Positions 19,078-25,662 of a stretch of DNA of 27,533 nt are shown piece after piece. A program made the translations under genes and the position numbers. The notes beneath the pieces were generated by a model. It was not told the DNA's origin. It saw only the letters and a list, made by a program, of their open reading frames with translations, and made no database searches. The stretch's first letter is position 1. Every line of letters begins with the position of its first letter. Source of the DNA: a virus (taxonomy: Duplodnaviria > Caudoviricetes); the IMG/VR virus record IMGVR_UViG_3300012987_000017, positions 1-27,533 of that record, one strand, 5' to 3'.

Positions 19078-19494
19078 ATGCTGTTCGCTAAGATTAGCCG
19101 CAAGGAAGCCTACGCCGGAGGCTTCAAGCGCTTCTACACCGGCAAGCTCTGCAGCCGCGGCCACGACGCCCAACGCTTCGTTTCGACTGGCGGCTGCACG
19201 AAATGCAACGCCGAGCGCGCCAAGGCCTTCCGCACCGGAGCTGATACTGTAAGTTCAGCCGTCCAACAAGGGGCGTTCCTCCACATGCTGCACCCCGACG
19301 ACCACGAGGCAGCCCGGGCGTACTGCCAAGCCCTCGACATGCAGCGGGGCCGCACACCGTGGAGCCCTCCAGAGCGGCGAGCCGCCCCCGCCGTGCCCTT
19401 CGATGTGGAGGCCGCTCGCGCTCGCGCCTTCGGTCTCGCCGCCAAGCTGCAGCCGGCCGTTGACCCCGACACCCTCCCGGACGGCATGCGATGA
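19078..19494 (+). CDS. Hypothetical protein with a putative Zn-binding N-terminus (138 aa)
   Basis: FYTGKLCSRGH...CTKC (C-H-C-C) motif; AAGGA RBS; first rightward gene. Confidence 0.75.
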   Translation: MLFAKISRKEAYAGGFKRFYTGKLCSRGHDAQRFVSTGGCTKCNAERAKAFRTGADTVSSAVQQGAFLHMLHPDDHEAARAYCQALDMQRGRTPWSPPERRAAPAVPFDVEAARARAFGLAAKLQPAVDPDTLPDGMR

Positions 19495-19763
19495 CTCCGA
19501 AGCAAATCCACACCCTGCGCCTGCTCGCCGTCCGGCCGATGTGGCGCAACGCCCTCCCCGATCTGGTCGCACCCCGTCAAGGCTGCAGCGGCCGGCAGCT
19601 CTACTGGTCTGCGCAGGCTTCGGCCCGCATGGGCGGTCGGCTGCTCGCCGCGCTGATCCGCGAGGGCTACGTACGGATGGAGTCGCCCTACAGCGGTAGC
19701 CGGAGGGACGTGGCGCACATCACACCGGAGGGAAAGAAAGTTCTTGACACCTTAGATAAGTGA
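19491..19763 (+). CDS. Hypothetical protein, possibly winged-helix-like (90 aa)
   Basis: ATGA overlap; LAALIREGYV...ITPEGKKVL resembles the C-terminus of a wHTH domain. Confidence 0.6.
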   Translation: MTPKQIHTLRLLAVRPMWRNALPDLVAPRQGCSGRQLYWSAQASARMGGRLLAALIREGYVRMESPYSGSRRDVAHITPEGKKVLDTLDK

Positions 19764-19773
19764 CACATAAACT
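19744..19773 (+). promoter_or_regulatory. Sigma70 promoter P1 with operator-like box
   Basis: TTGACA (19744)-18 nt-TAAACT; contains GTGACACATAA, which is shared with P2 and P3. Confidence 0.7.
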
Positions 19774-19803
19774 CGCGTCACCATCAACAACGGGGAGGTT
19801 CTA

Positions 19804-20655
19804 GTGACCTACGTTTCTCTCAAGCAAGCTGCCGAGGCCAAGGCCAACGGCTTCCAGAAGGCCACCTATTTCAAGCTCGACCCCAACGTCGTCAAGATCG
19901 AGGAGGGCTGGAACGGCCGGGACGAGACGCCCGACCTCCTGGAGTACCGCCAGCGCCTGAAGCAGGCCATGAAGGCCGGGGCCATGATCCCGCCCATCGA
20001 CGTCGAGATGGTCGACGGGGAGCCCATCGTGCGCGACGGCCACAGCCGCACCCTGATGGCCCGCGAGCTGGTCGCCGAGGGCGTGCCGTACGTGCTGGAG
20101 GCTCGCCAGTTCAAGGGCAACGAGGCGGAGGCCCGATACCACATGATCGGCAGCGCTGGAGGCCGCGCGCTGTCCCCGCTGGAGCAGGGCCGGCAGTTCA
20201 AGCTGCTGGTCTCCTACGGCCAGACGGTGGCCGACATCTCCAACCGCACCGGCATGCATCGCAGCACCGTGGAGAACGGCCTGCAGCTCGCCGACGCGCC
20301 CGTGGCGGTCCAGAAGCTCGTCACCTCCGGCAAGGTCGCCAGCCACCTCGCGCTCAAGGCCGTCCGGCAGCACGGCAAGGAAGCTGCCGCGGTGCTCAAG
20401 GCGGGGGTGGAGAAGGCGGAGGCCGCGGGCAAGACCAAGGCCACGGCCAAGCACGTGTCGCCCATGAAGGGCCGCAAGGTGCCGCTCGCCGAGCCGGGGG
20501 CGCGCGGTCAGACCCTGCCGCCGGCCTCCGCGCAGAACGACCTCTTCAACCTCGCGATGTCGCTGGCCGCCGTCAATATCCTCGTGACGGAACTGGACCG
20601 CGACACCATCGCCGGCCTCGTCCAGAAGGCCCGCACGCTGGTGGGGATGGCATGA
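19804..20655 (+). CDS. ParB/Srx-like domain plus HTH protein (283 aa)
   Basis: IPPIDV...IVRDGHSR (ParB box II-like), LSPLEQG, HTH TVADISNRTGMHRSTVENGLQL; GGGGAGG RBS and GTG start. Confidence 0.8.
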   Translation: MTYVSLKQAAEAKANGFQKATYFKLDPNVVKIEEGWNGRDETPDLLEYRQRLKQAMKAGAMIPPIDVEMVDGEPIVRDGHSRTLMARELVAEGVPYVLEARQFKGNEAEARYHMIGSAGGRALSPLEQGRQFKLLVSYGQTVADISNRTGMHRSTVENGLQLADAPVAVQKLVTSGKVASHLALKAVRQHGKEAAAVLKAGVEKAEAAGKTKATAKHVSPMKGRKVPLAEPGARGQTLPPASAQNDLFNLAMSLAAVNILVTELDRDTIAGLVQKARTLVGMA

Positions 20656-20945
20656 GCACGACCACCATCTACTGCGACGACCATTACTCGGACAGCATCA
20701 AATCGTTCGAGGTCGTGGGCGAGACGGATAAGTTCTGGAAGATCGCCGTCAAAGGCTGGCGTCCGGGCGATCCGGACCAGATCCGCCGCCAGGAGAAGAA
20801 GCCCAACGAGTTCCGTACCTGGATCGAGGCAAACGACCACCTGCGAATTCGTGTCACGCGCGAATTGCTGCGTGCCCAGGACAACGTCGACCGCCTGCGC
20901 GGCATCATCGAGCGTATCGACAAGCTGGAGGACCCCACGAAATGA
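20652..20945 (+). CDS. Hypothetical protein (97 aa)
   Basis: ATGA-coupled on both sides; C-terminal coiled-coil-like segment. Confidence 0.7.
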   Translation: MSTTTIYCDDHYSDSIKSFEVVGETDKFWKIAVKGWRPGDPDQIRRQEKKPNEFRTWIEANDHLRIRVTRELLRAQDNVDRLRGIIERIDKLEDPTK

Positions 20946-21826
20946 AAGGCACCAAGTACGACGACCCGCTGCTCGATCGCGTGTTGCATGGTGGTTCACG
21001 CCCCACCCCGACGAAGGCCGAGATGCTGGCGACACCATACGAGGACATTGGCCTATGCCTCCGCGACATGATCAACGCGCCGGGAATGAACAGCATCACG
21101 ACGCCGGACTACGTTGTCCGCGTGGCCGCGTGGCTGGACAAAGCCCCCGAGGCCCTGGCACCTGACGCGGCAGCCGTCTCAAACCTTCTCAAAGAGGCCG
21201 TGTTGGCGGCCATCCGTGAGTGGAACGGCAGCAACCACAAGCTCACCCTGTCCGAGTCGACCTATCTCGCGGAGCACGTCATGGGGTCGCTGGGCGTGGC
21301 CTTGAACGACAGTCCCGGCGCGGTCAAACATCTGCGCGTTCGATGGGAGGATGCGCTCGCCCATGTGCGCGCCGCGCTCGCCGCCCATCCGGTGGCGGGA
21401 GGGGTGCCGGCCGAGCCGTTCGCGTGGGTCGATGTCGAGGAATGGGCCGCCGGTTCGCCCATGGAAGATTGTTTCTTCCGTGTCGAGGAGGACAAGCCCA
21501 ACGATGACGCTGTGCTGTCGCCGCTCTACCTCGCCGCCCCTGTCGAGGTGCTGGGGGAGCAGGCGACGCGCTGCGAATACTGCGACGGAACCGGCGACGT
21601 GGTGAACCAGATCGGCGAGTGGCGCGGCACGTGCACGATGTGTGACGCCGCCCCGCCAGCGAAGGCCGAACTTCCGGGTCTGCTCGCGAGGCTGAGGGCC
21701 GAGATTGATCATGCTGTGCGGAACGATCAGCGATTGCCTCCCGAGTTCGGAAAGAGAAAAGGTCCGCTTGTCGTGCGCGCCGGCCTGCTGCGGGCCCTGA
21801 TGAAACATCTGAAGGACGCGAAATGA
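20942..21826 (+). CDS. Hypothetical mosaic protein with a CxxCxGxG...CxxC motif (294 aa)
   Basis: ATGA overlap and GGAGG RBS; AEPFAW...PLYLAAP linker motif and CEYCDGTG...CTMC. Confidence 0.7.
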   Translation: MKGTKYDDPLLDRVLHGGSRPTPTKAEMLATPYEDIGLCLRDMINAPGMNSITTPDYVVRVAAWLDKAPEALAPDAAAVSNLLKEAVLAAIREWNGSNHKLTLSESTYLAEHVMGSLGVALNDSPGAVKHLRVRWEDALAHVRAALAAHPVAGGVPAEPFAWVDVEEWAAGSPMEDCFFRVEEDKPNDDAVLSPLYLAAPVEVLGEQATRCEYCDGTGDVVNQIGEWRGTCTMCDAAPPAKAELPGLLARLRAEIDHAVRNDQRLPPEFGKRKGPLVVRAGLLRALMKHLKDAK

Positions 21827-22143
21827 TCACCATCGACGAAATGCACAAGGTGCCCGGGATCTACGTGATCCAGGGTCGGTCGAGTTGCTTCCTCGTCGAG
21901 ATCGACAGCAGCCGCAAATGCCACCAGCTCGAACTGCAGACGCTCAAGCGCGACGGCGTCCTGCACCGCGACGGGTGGCACGAGCCTTGGACGCTGCGCA
22001 TCATCGGCCCGCTCGGCCGGCCGGGCGCGGAGCTGTCGGACGACGTGATCAAGGGCGCGGCGTTGAAGTTCGCCCACGCAGGCACCGATGCCAACTACGC
22101 GTTTCGCGCGGGTGCGAAATGGGCCCGGGAGCAGCTGCGGTGA
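21823..22143 (+). CDS. Hypothetical protein (106 aa)
   Basis: ATGA overlap and AAGGA RBS; ends AFRAGAKWAREQL. Confidence 0.7.
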   Translation: MITIDEMHKVPGIYVIQGRSSCFLVEIDSSRKCHQLELQTLKRDGVLHRDGWHEPWTLRIIGPLGRPGAELSDDVIKGAALKFAHAGTDANYAFRAGAKWAREQLR

Positions 22144-22262
22144 GCATCCGCCGCCTCAAGCGCCGGGCGTACAGGCTGCAGCTCCATCACCACGTAGGCT
22201 TCATGCCGGCATCCGCCACCCATCGGGGTGTCTGCATCTTCTGGAACGTGCCGCGAAAATAG
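22140..22262 (+). CDS. Possible 40-aa basic peptide
   Basis: GTGA overlap and GGGAG RBS; MSIRRLKRRAYRLQLHHHVGFMPASATHRGVCIFWNVPRK*. Confidence 0.45.
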   Translation: MSIRRLKRRAYRLQLHHHVGFMPASATHRGVCIFWNVPRK

Positions 22263-22265
22263 TTG

Positions 22266-22295
22266 TTGACAGCCCCAATTACGTGACACATAATT
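22266..22295 (+). promoter_or_regulatory. Sigma70 promoter P2 with palindromic operator-like box
   Basis: TTGACA-17 nt-CATAAT; the palindrome AATTACGTGACACATAATT (22277-22295) overlaps the -10. Confidence 0.85.
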
Positions 22296-22321
22296 GAGCC
22301 ATCAACACCGGAGCAGACACC

Positions 22322-22525
22322 ATGACCACCGCCCGCAACTTCATCGCCGACAACACCCGCGTTTCCTTCCAGTACCGTCAGCACCCGCTGCTCGGCGGCG
22401 CGCTGGTGACGGGCACGGGCGTGGTGATCGGCCGCACGGTGGTCGGAGTTGAAGACGCCTACAGCATCAAGCCCGACAACGGCGACACGGTGCATGTCCG
22501 CTTCGCTGGCGTCCGCGCCGCCTGA
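22322..22525 (+). CDS. Small hypothetical protein (67 aa, SH3-like beta pattern), ends VRAA
   Basis: GGAG RBS; its stop lies inside repeat R1. Confidence 0.8.
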   Translation: MTTARNFIADNTRVSFQYRQHPLLGGALVTGTGVVIGRTVVGVEDAYSIKPDNGDTVHVRFAGVRAA

Positions 22526-22549
22526 CCCGCCACCCCTCGACTACTGGAG
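22517..22549 (+). repeat. Junction repeat R1
   Basis: GCCGCCTGACCCGCCACCCCTCGACTACTGGAG. Confidence 0.95.
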
Positions 22550-22557
22550 CAGACACC

Positions 22558-22731
22558 ATGACCCCCGCCCAGCAATCCGCAGAAATCGCTAAGGCTGTTG
22601 CTGAAATGGTCGGCGACTATAAGGCCGGTGCGCGCTTCACGGACGGCGACATCCGCGCCACCGCCAAGCGATTCAACGTGGACGCCTGCGCGCTGTACGC
22701 CGCATTCAACGACGCAATCCGCGCCGCCTGA
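22558..22731 (+). CDS. Small hypothetical protein (57 aa), ends IRAA
   Basis: Translated by hand: MTPAQQSAEIAKAVAEMVGDYKAGARFTDGDIRATAKRFNVDACALYAAFNDAIRAA*. It exactly fills R1-R2. Confidence 0.8.
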   Translation: MTPAQQSAEIAKAVAEMVGDYKAGARFTDGDIRATAKRFNVDACALYAAFNDAIRAA

Positions 22732-22755
22732 CCCGCCACCCCTCAACTACCGGAG
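22723..22755 (+). repeat. Junction repeat R2 (2 substitutions)
   Basis: GCCGCCTGACCCGCCACCCCTCAACTACCGGAG. Confidence 0.95.
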
Positions 22756-22760
22756 CCCAC

Positions 22761-22844
22761 ATGCCTCAACGCACCCAGGAGCAGCAGGACCTGCTTGATC
22801 GCGCCTACCGCGAGCAGTACGCTCGCAAGTGGGGCCAGCGATGA
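22761..22844 (+). CDS. 27-aa peptide
   Basis: MPQRTQEQQDLLDRAYREQYARKWGQR*; uses the R2 RBS and is ATGA-coupled to the next gene. Confidence 0.65.
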   Translation: MPQRTQEQQDLLDRAYREQYARKWGQR

Positions 22845-23038
22845 ACTGGCTTCACGCGCTCTACCTGCGCATGCGCATCAACAGCGCCCGGCGTGATGTG
22901 CGGTACTTCGAGCGAGAGGCCGCCCGCGCCCACAGCATGCAGCACGCGGAGTACTTCAAGGCCCAAGCCGCCGTTGCGCGCCAGTCCATCGGGCTGTGGC
23001 GCTGCGAGCTGGGCATCCTCGGGGAGGACATGGCGTGA
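22841..23038 (+). CDS. Small hypothetical protein (65 aa)
   Basis: MNWLHALYLRMR...GEDMA*; coupled by ATGA upstream and GTGA downstream. Confidence 0.7.
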   Translation: MNWLHALYLRMRINSARRDVRYFEREAARAHSMQHAEYFKAQAAVARQSIGLWRCELGILGEDMA

Positions 23039-23259
23039 GCGCAACCGACAGCATCAAGGACGTGACACTCCGCGCGATTCGTCGCGGCGCGAACTCACGG
23101 AGCCCCGTGGAGTTCTGGGCAAAAGACGGGGTTATCTTCGTGCTGGACTACTGGCGGGGCACCGACCTGCCCTACATCGCGCGACGTGTGGGAGCCCAGA
23201 CCAGCCGCCGCTTCTCCCGTCTGTGTGACCTGCGCGCCCACCTGGAGAACCCGGGATGA
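23035..23259 (+). CDS. Small hypothetical protein (74 aa)
   Basis: GTG start with GGAGG RBS; MSATDSIKDV...LENPG*. Confidence 0.7.
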   Translation: MSATDSIKDVTLRAIRRGANSRSPVEFWAKDGVIFVLDYWRGTDLPYIARRVGAQTSRRFSRLCDLRAHLENPG

Positions 23260-23426
23260 AGCGCAAGCCCCGCCAGCTCACCGAGGCACAGCAGCATCAG
23301 GCCGACGAGCTGCGGGCCAAGTACCGGACGCTCAAGGCGGCCGGCCTCCACGCCTCCGCCAAGCAAGTGCGCCGCCGTCTCGTGGCACTGCTGGGCAACT
23401 TTGAAGACGAAAGGCTACCGACATGA
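23256..23426 (+). CDS. Small basic helical protein (56 aa)
   Basis: Translated by hand: MKRKPRQLTEAQQHQADELRAKYRTLKAAGLHASAKQVRRRLVALLGNFEDERLPT*. GGAG RBS and ATGA overlaps on both sides. Confidence 0.7.
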   Translation: MKRKPRQLTEAQQHQADELRAKYRTLKAAGLHASAKQVRRRLVALLGNFEDERLPT

Positions 23427-23776
23427 ACCAACCCCCAGCCGTCGTCAGCGGCCGTGTGCGTCGCATTGCTAGCACGTCCCGATTCCTTGAAGAAGTGCGA
23501 ACCGGTCGCCTCTTCGTCCAGATGCCCTCGAACCACGCGCCCACGTCAGGCGACGTGCTGCGCTTCGAGCGGGCTCTCTACCCTGAGACGTCCATCGACG
23601 TCGTTGTGACGCGCGTCCACGCGGGCAAGATCCCGGGCCACTCGACCGTCTGGTTCGAGCCGATCCCGCAGCCCCGCGAAGTGAAGTGCCTACACCCGGG
23701 TTGCCCGAGCGTGGACGGCAGCGCCCACAGCCCCGAATGCGAGGCAGCGCACGCGCAAGCCTACATCGGCCATTGA
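23423..23776 (+). CDS. Hypothetical protein (117 aa) with a C-terminal Cys/His cluster
   Basis: ATGA overlap; CLHPGC...HSPEC; last gene before the hairpin and terminator. Confidence 0.65.
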   Translation: MNQPPAVVSGRVRRIASTSRFLEEVRTGRLFVQMPSNHAPTSGDVLRFERALYPETSIDVVVTRVHAGKIPGHSTVWFEPIPQPREVKCLHPGCPSVDGSAHSPECEAAHAQAYIGH

Positions 23777-23781
23777 TCCCC

Positions 23782-23855
23782 GGGCGGCGGAACTCTCTCC
23801 CTCCCCAACTATCCGCCGCTCTTCGCGCCCGTCCTAACCGATGGGCGTTTTTTTT
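23782..23855 (+). ncRNA. Candidate small RNA / 3'UTR element with an anti-SD-like loop
   Basis: 10-bp stem GGGCGGCGGA/TCCGCCGCTC with a 20-nt G-free loop ACTCTCTCCCTCCCCAACTA, followed by a terminator hairpin and T8. Confidence 0.45.
23826..23855 (+). terminator. Intrinsic terminator ending the P2 unit
   Basis: CGCCCGTC-CTAACC-GATGGGCG-TTTTTTTT (one G-U pair). Confidence 0.85.
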
Positions 23856-23856
23856 G

Positions 23857-23886
23857 TTGACAGCCGGAATTACGTGACACATAATA
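23857..23886 (+). promoter_or_regulatory. Sigma70 promoter P3 with palindromic operator-like box
   Basis: TTGACA-17 nt-CATAAT; nearly identical to P2 (GTTGACAGCCnnAATTACGTGACACATAATnGAGCCATC). Confidence 0.85.
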
Positions 23887-23920
23887 GAGCCATCGCAACA
23901 CGAAACCCGGAGCAGAGACC

Positions 23921-24082
23921 ATGAACGCATACACCTTCAAGCACGCACGTCGCAATTTCCGCGTGACACCCGATGGCCGGGTCGAAAAGCTCACGTACGA
24001 CGGCGCGGGCGCCCCCAAGTGGTTGAACGTTCCGGTAACTCCCGAACTCGCAGCTGCCGCGATTGCCTCGCGCGCCGCCTGA
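23921..24082 (+). CDS. Small hypothetical protein (53 aa), ends SRAA
   Basis: Translated by hand: MNAYTFKHARRNFRVTPDGRVEKLTYDGAGAPKWLNVPVTPELAAAAIASRAA*. GGAG RBS; stop inside R3. Confidence 0.8.
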   Translation: MNAYTFKHARRNFRVTPDGRVEKLTYDGAGAPKWLNVPVTPELAAAAIASRAA

Positions 24083-24106
24083 CCCGCCACCCCTCGACTA
24101 CTGGAG
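24074..24106 (+). repeat. Junction repeat R3
   Basis: Identical to R1 over 33 bp. Confidence 0.95.
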
Positions 24107-24112
24107 CCACCC

Positions 24113-24313
24113 ATGAAGACCGCAACCCACCGCCAAATCGCCAACGCCGTGTTTGCCGCGCAAGGCAAGCCCCGCACCTGGGTCGTGATTCAGCAATGGT
24201 TCGCGCAAAACGAGGGCAAGCCGTCGGCCCCCATGACGTATCGCGAAGCAAAGGCCATCGCCCGCGCAACCCGTCAAGCGGGCGGCTATGCGAGCGTGGA
24301 GCGCGCGGCGTGA
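24113..24313 (+). CDS. Small hypothetical protein (66 aa), ends ERAA
   Basis: Uses the R3 RBS; GTGA-coupled to the next gene. Confidence 0.8.
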   Translation: MKTATHRQIANAVFAAQGKPRTWVVIQQWFAQNEGKPSAPMTYREAKAIARATRQAGGYASVERAA

Positions 24314-24453
24314 GCTACGTTGTGATCGTGGAGCGCGGCCCGATGACCCGCGACGTGTACGGCCCCTACCGCAGCTTTAAACGCGCCGATGGCGATGCGA
24401 AGGCGTGGGGCGGGACCGTCGAGCCGATCCGCAAGCCTTCCGACGCCGCCTGA
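24310..24453 (+). CDS. Small hypothetical protein (47 aa), ends SDAA
   Basis: MSYVVIVERGPMTRDVYGPYRSFKRADGDAKAWGGTVEPIRKPSDAA*; GGAG RBS; stop inside R4. Confidence 0.75.
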   Translation: MSYVVIVERGPMTRDVYGPYRSFKRADGDAKAWGGTVEPIRKPSDAA

Positions 24454-24477
24454 CCCGCCACCCCTCGACTACTGGAG
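24445..24477 (+). repeat. Junction repeat R4
   Basis: Identical to R1 over 33 bp; continues TAGACACCATGACC, like R1 and the P2 leader. Confidence 0.95.
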
Positions 24478-24485
24478 TAGACACC

Positions 24486-24665
24486 ATGACCACCGAAATT
24501 TCCGGGCCATTCTTCGTGACGTATTACAACGCGCTGCTTGACCGGCGATGCACGTTGATCGACAACCTTGACGAAGAGACCGCCGACGCCGTGGTCGAGA
24601 AATACGGCGACAACGGTGACAAGTTTCACCGCATGCCCGAGGTGCGCAAAGAGCGCGCCGACTGA
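24486..24665 (+). CDS. Small acidic hypothetical protein (59 aa), ends ERAD
   Basis: MTTEISGPFFVTYYN...KERAD*; uses the R4 RBS. Confidence 0.75.
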   Translation: MTTEISGPFFVTYYNALLDRRCTLIDNLDEETADAVVEKYGDNGDKFHRMPEVRKERAD

Positions 24666-24702
24666 CCCTGCTCGCCCGCTGTTCCGACTGCCCCAACTGG
24701 AG
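24654..24702 (+). repeat. Degenerate junction repeat R5
   Basis: CGCGCCGACTGACCC...CCCCAACTGGAG: both ends resemble the repeat; the middle is diverged and longer. Confidence 0.5.
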
Positions 24703-24711
24703 AACCCCGCT

Positions 24712-24945
24712 ATGAGTCACCCTTATCCCATCGACAAAGGCATCCCGATGCCGCCCAAGCCCGTCGGCGAACACGAGCGCATCCGTGACACGTTGCTCCT
24801 GCTCGAAGTCGGCGAATCGTTCGAGTGCAGCGCCGACTACGCACAGAGCATGGTCGCCGCAGGCAGTGTGCCGCTCGCCCCGAAGAAGTTCGCCGTGCGC
24901 CCCGGCAGCACCACCGGCCGCGCCCGCATCTGGAGGACCGCGTAA
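24712..24945 (+). CDS. Small putative DNA-binding phage protein (77 aa)
   Basis: IDKGIPMP...LEVGESF...KFAVR...RIWR pattern of a common small phage protein family; GGAG RBS. Confidence 0.7.
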   Translation: MSHPYPIDKGIPMPPKPVGEHERIRDTLLLLEVGESFECSADYAQSMVAAGSVPLAPKKFAVRPGSTTGRARIWRTA

Positions 24946-25211
24946 TGGACCGCACAGAAGCCCTCGTGGGCGTAGGCATCTTCGGCACACTCTTCCTGCT
25001 GATCGCAGGAACCATCTGGCTCATTGTCGAGGACGGTCGAGAGTGGGCCCATTTCCGTGACGCCCACAACTGCCGCGTCGTCTCGAAGATCCGCGGTGAC
25101 ACGTTCAATACCTGGAGTGTCGGGCCGAACGGGCAGATGCAAGTCGGCATCGGCAGCACTCCCAGCAAGACCGGCTATCTCTGCGATGACGGCATCACCT
25201 ACTACCGCTGA
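24945..25211 (+). CDS. Small membrane-anchored protein (88 aa)
   Basis: TAATG overlap and GGAGG RBS; N-terminal TM helix (ALVGVGIFGTLFLLIAGTIWLIV); HNC...YLCDDGITYYR. Confidence 0.75.
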   Translation: MDRTEALVGVGIFGTLFLLIAGTIWLIVEDGREWAHFRDAHNCRVVSKIRGDTFNTWSVGPNGQMQVGIGSTPSKTGYLCDDGITYYR

Positions 25212-25220
25212 AAGGACCAC

Positions 25221-25436
25221 ATGAGACGCTACACCCACCAATCGCACACCGTGATGGCGCGGGCGCCCACGTACGACCTGATCGTGGCCGCCATCGCCCG
25301 CATGCACGGCACGAGCCCCGAGCGCGTCCAGATTCACGGGGAACGCGTGGTGGTCGAGGGCATCCGCAAAGCCCACTGCCGGGTCGTCGCGTACGGTCGA
25401 GAGTGGCGGTATGAGTCCGGCGCACCGAGGAGCTGA
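25221..25436 (+). CDS. Small hypothetical protein (71 aa)
   Basis: AAGGA RBS; fills the operon. Confidence 0.65.
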   Translation: MRRYTHQSHTVMARAPTYDLIVAAIARMHGTSPERVQIHGERVVVEGIRKAHCRVVAYGREWRYESGAPRS

Positions 25437-25437
25437 C

Positions 25438-25662
25438 GTGCCCTACCCCTTTGCCCCTTCACCGCCGACGATCCGCGACGTTGACAAGATGCCCGAAATG
25501 CAAGCCTTCGTCAGGCACCCCAATGACCTGATGGGCGACGCGTGCCCTGGCTGCGGGGCGTTCCGGATGGACGTTTCGTATTACAAATGTATGGGGGTGT
25601 GCGACGTGTGCGCGAACGAAGAGGCCGACGAGTGGGAACGTCTGGCGGAGAACGGGCAATGA
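25438..25662 (+). CDS. Small Cys-rich, zinc-ribbon-like protein (74 aa)
   Basis: GTG 25438 with GAGGAG RBS; CPGC...CMGVCDVC. Confidence 0.65.
   Translation: MPYPFAPSPPTIRDVDKMPEMQAFVRHPNDLMGDACPGCGAFRMDVSYYKCMGVCDVCANEEADEWERLAENGQ

Noticed and set aside
18883-19173. 96-aa minus-strand ORF across the divergent intergenic region
   Set aside because: It overlaps gene 19078-19494 antisense and runs through promoter and repeat motifs, with atypical composition.
19078-19494. HNH homing endonuclease call
   Set aside because: The N-terminal C-H-C-C motif resembles leaders found on some phage HNH proteins, but no HNH catalytic motif follows.
22517-24477. The 33-bp repeats as a CRISPR array
   Set aside because: The intervening sequences are 173-1318 bp and protein-coding, the repeat is not palindromic, and no cas genes are present.
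22517-24477. The repeats as integron attC sites or terminators
   Set aside because: There are no RYYYAAC/GTTRRRY ends, no extended hairpin or U-tract, and no integrase in the window.
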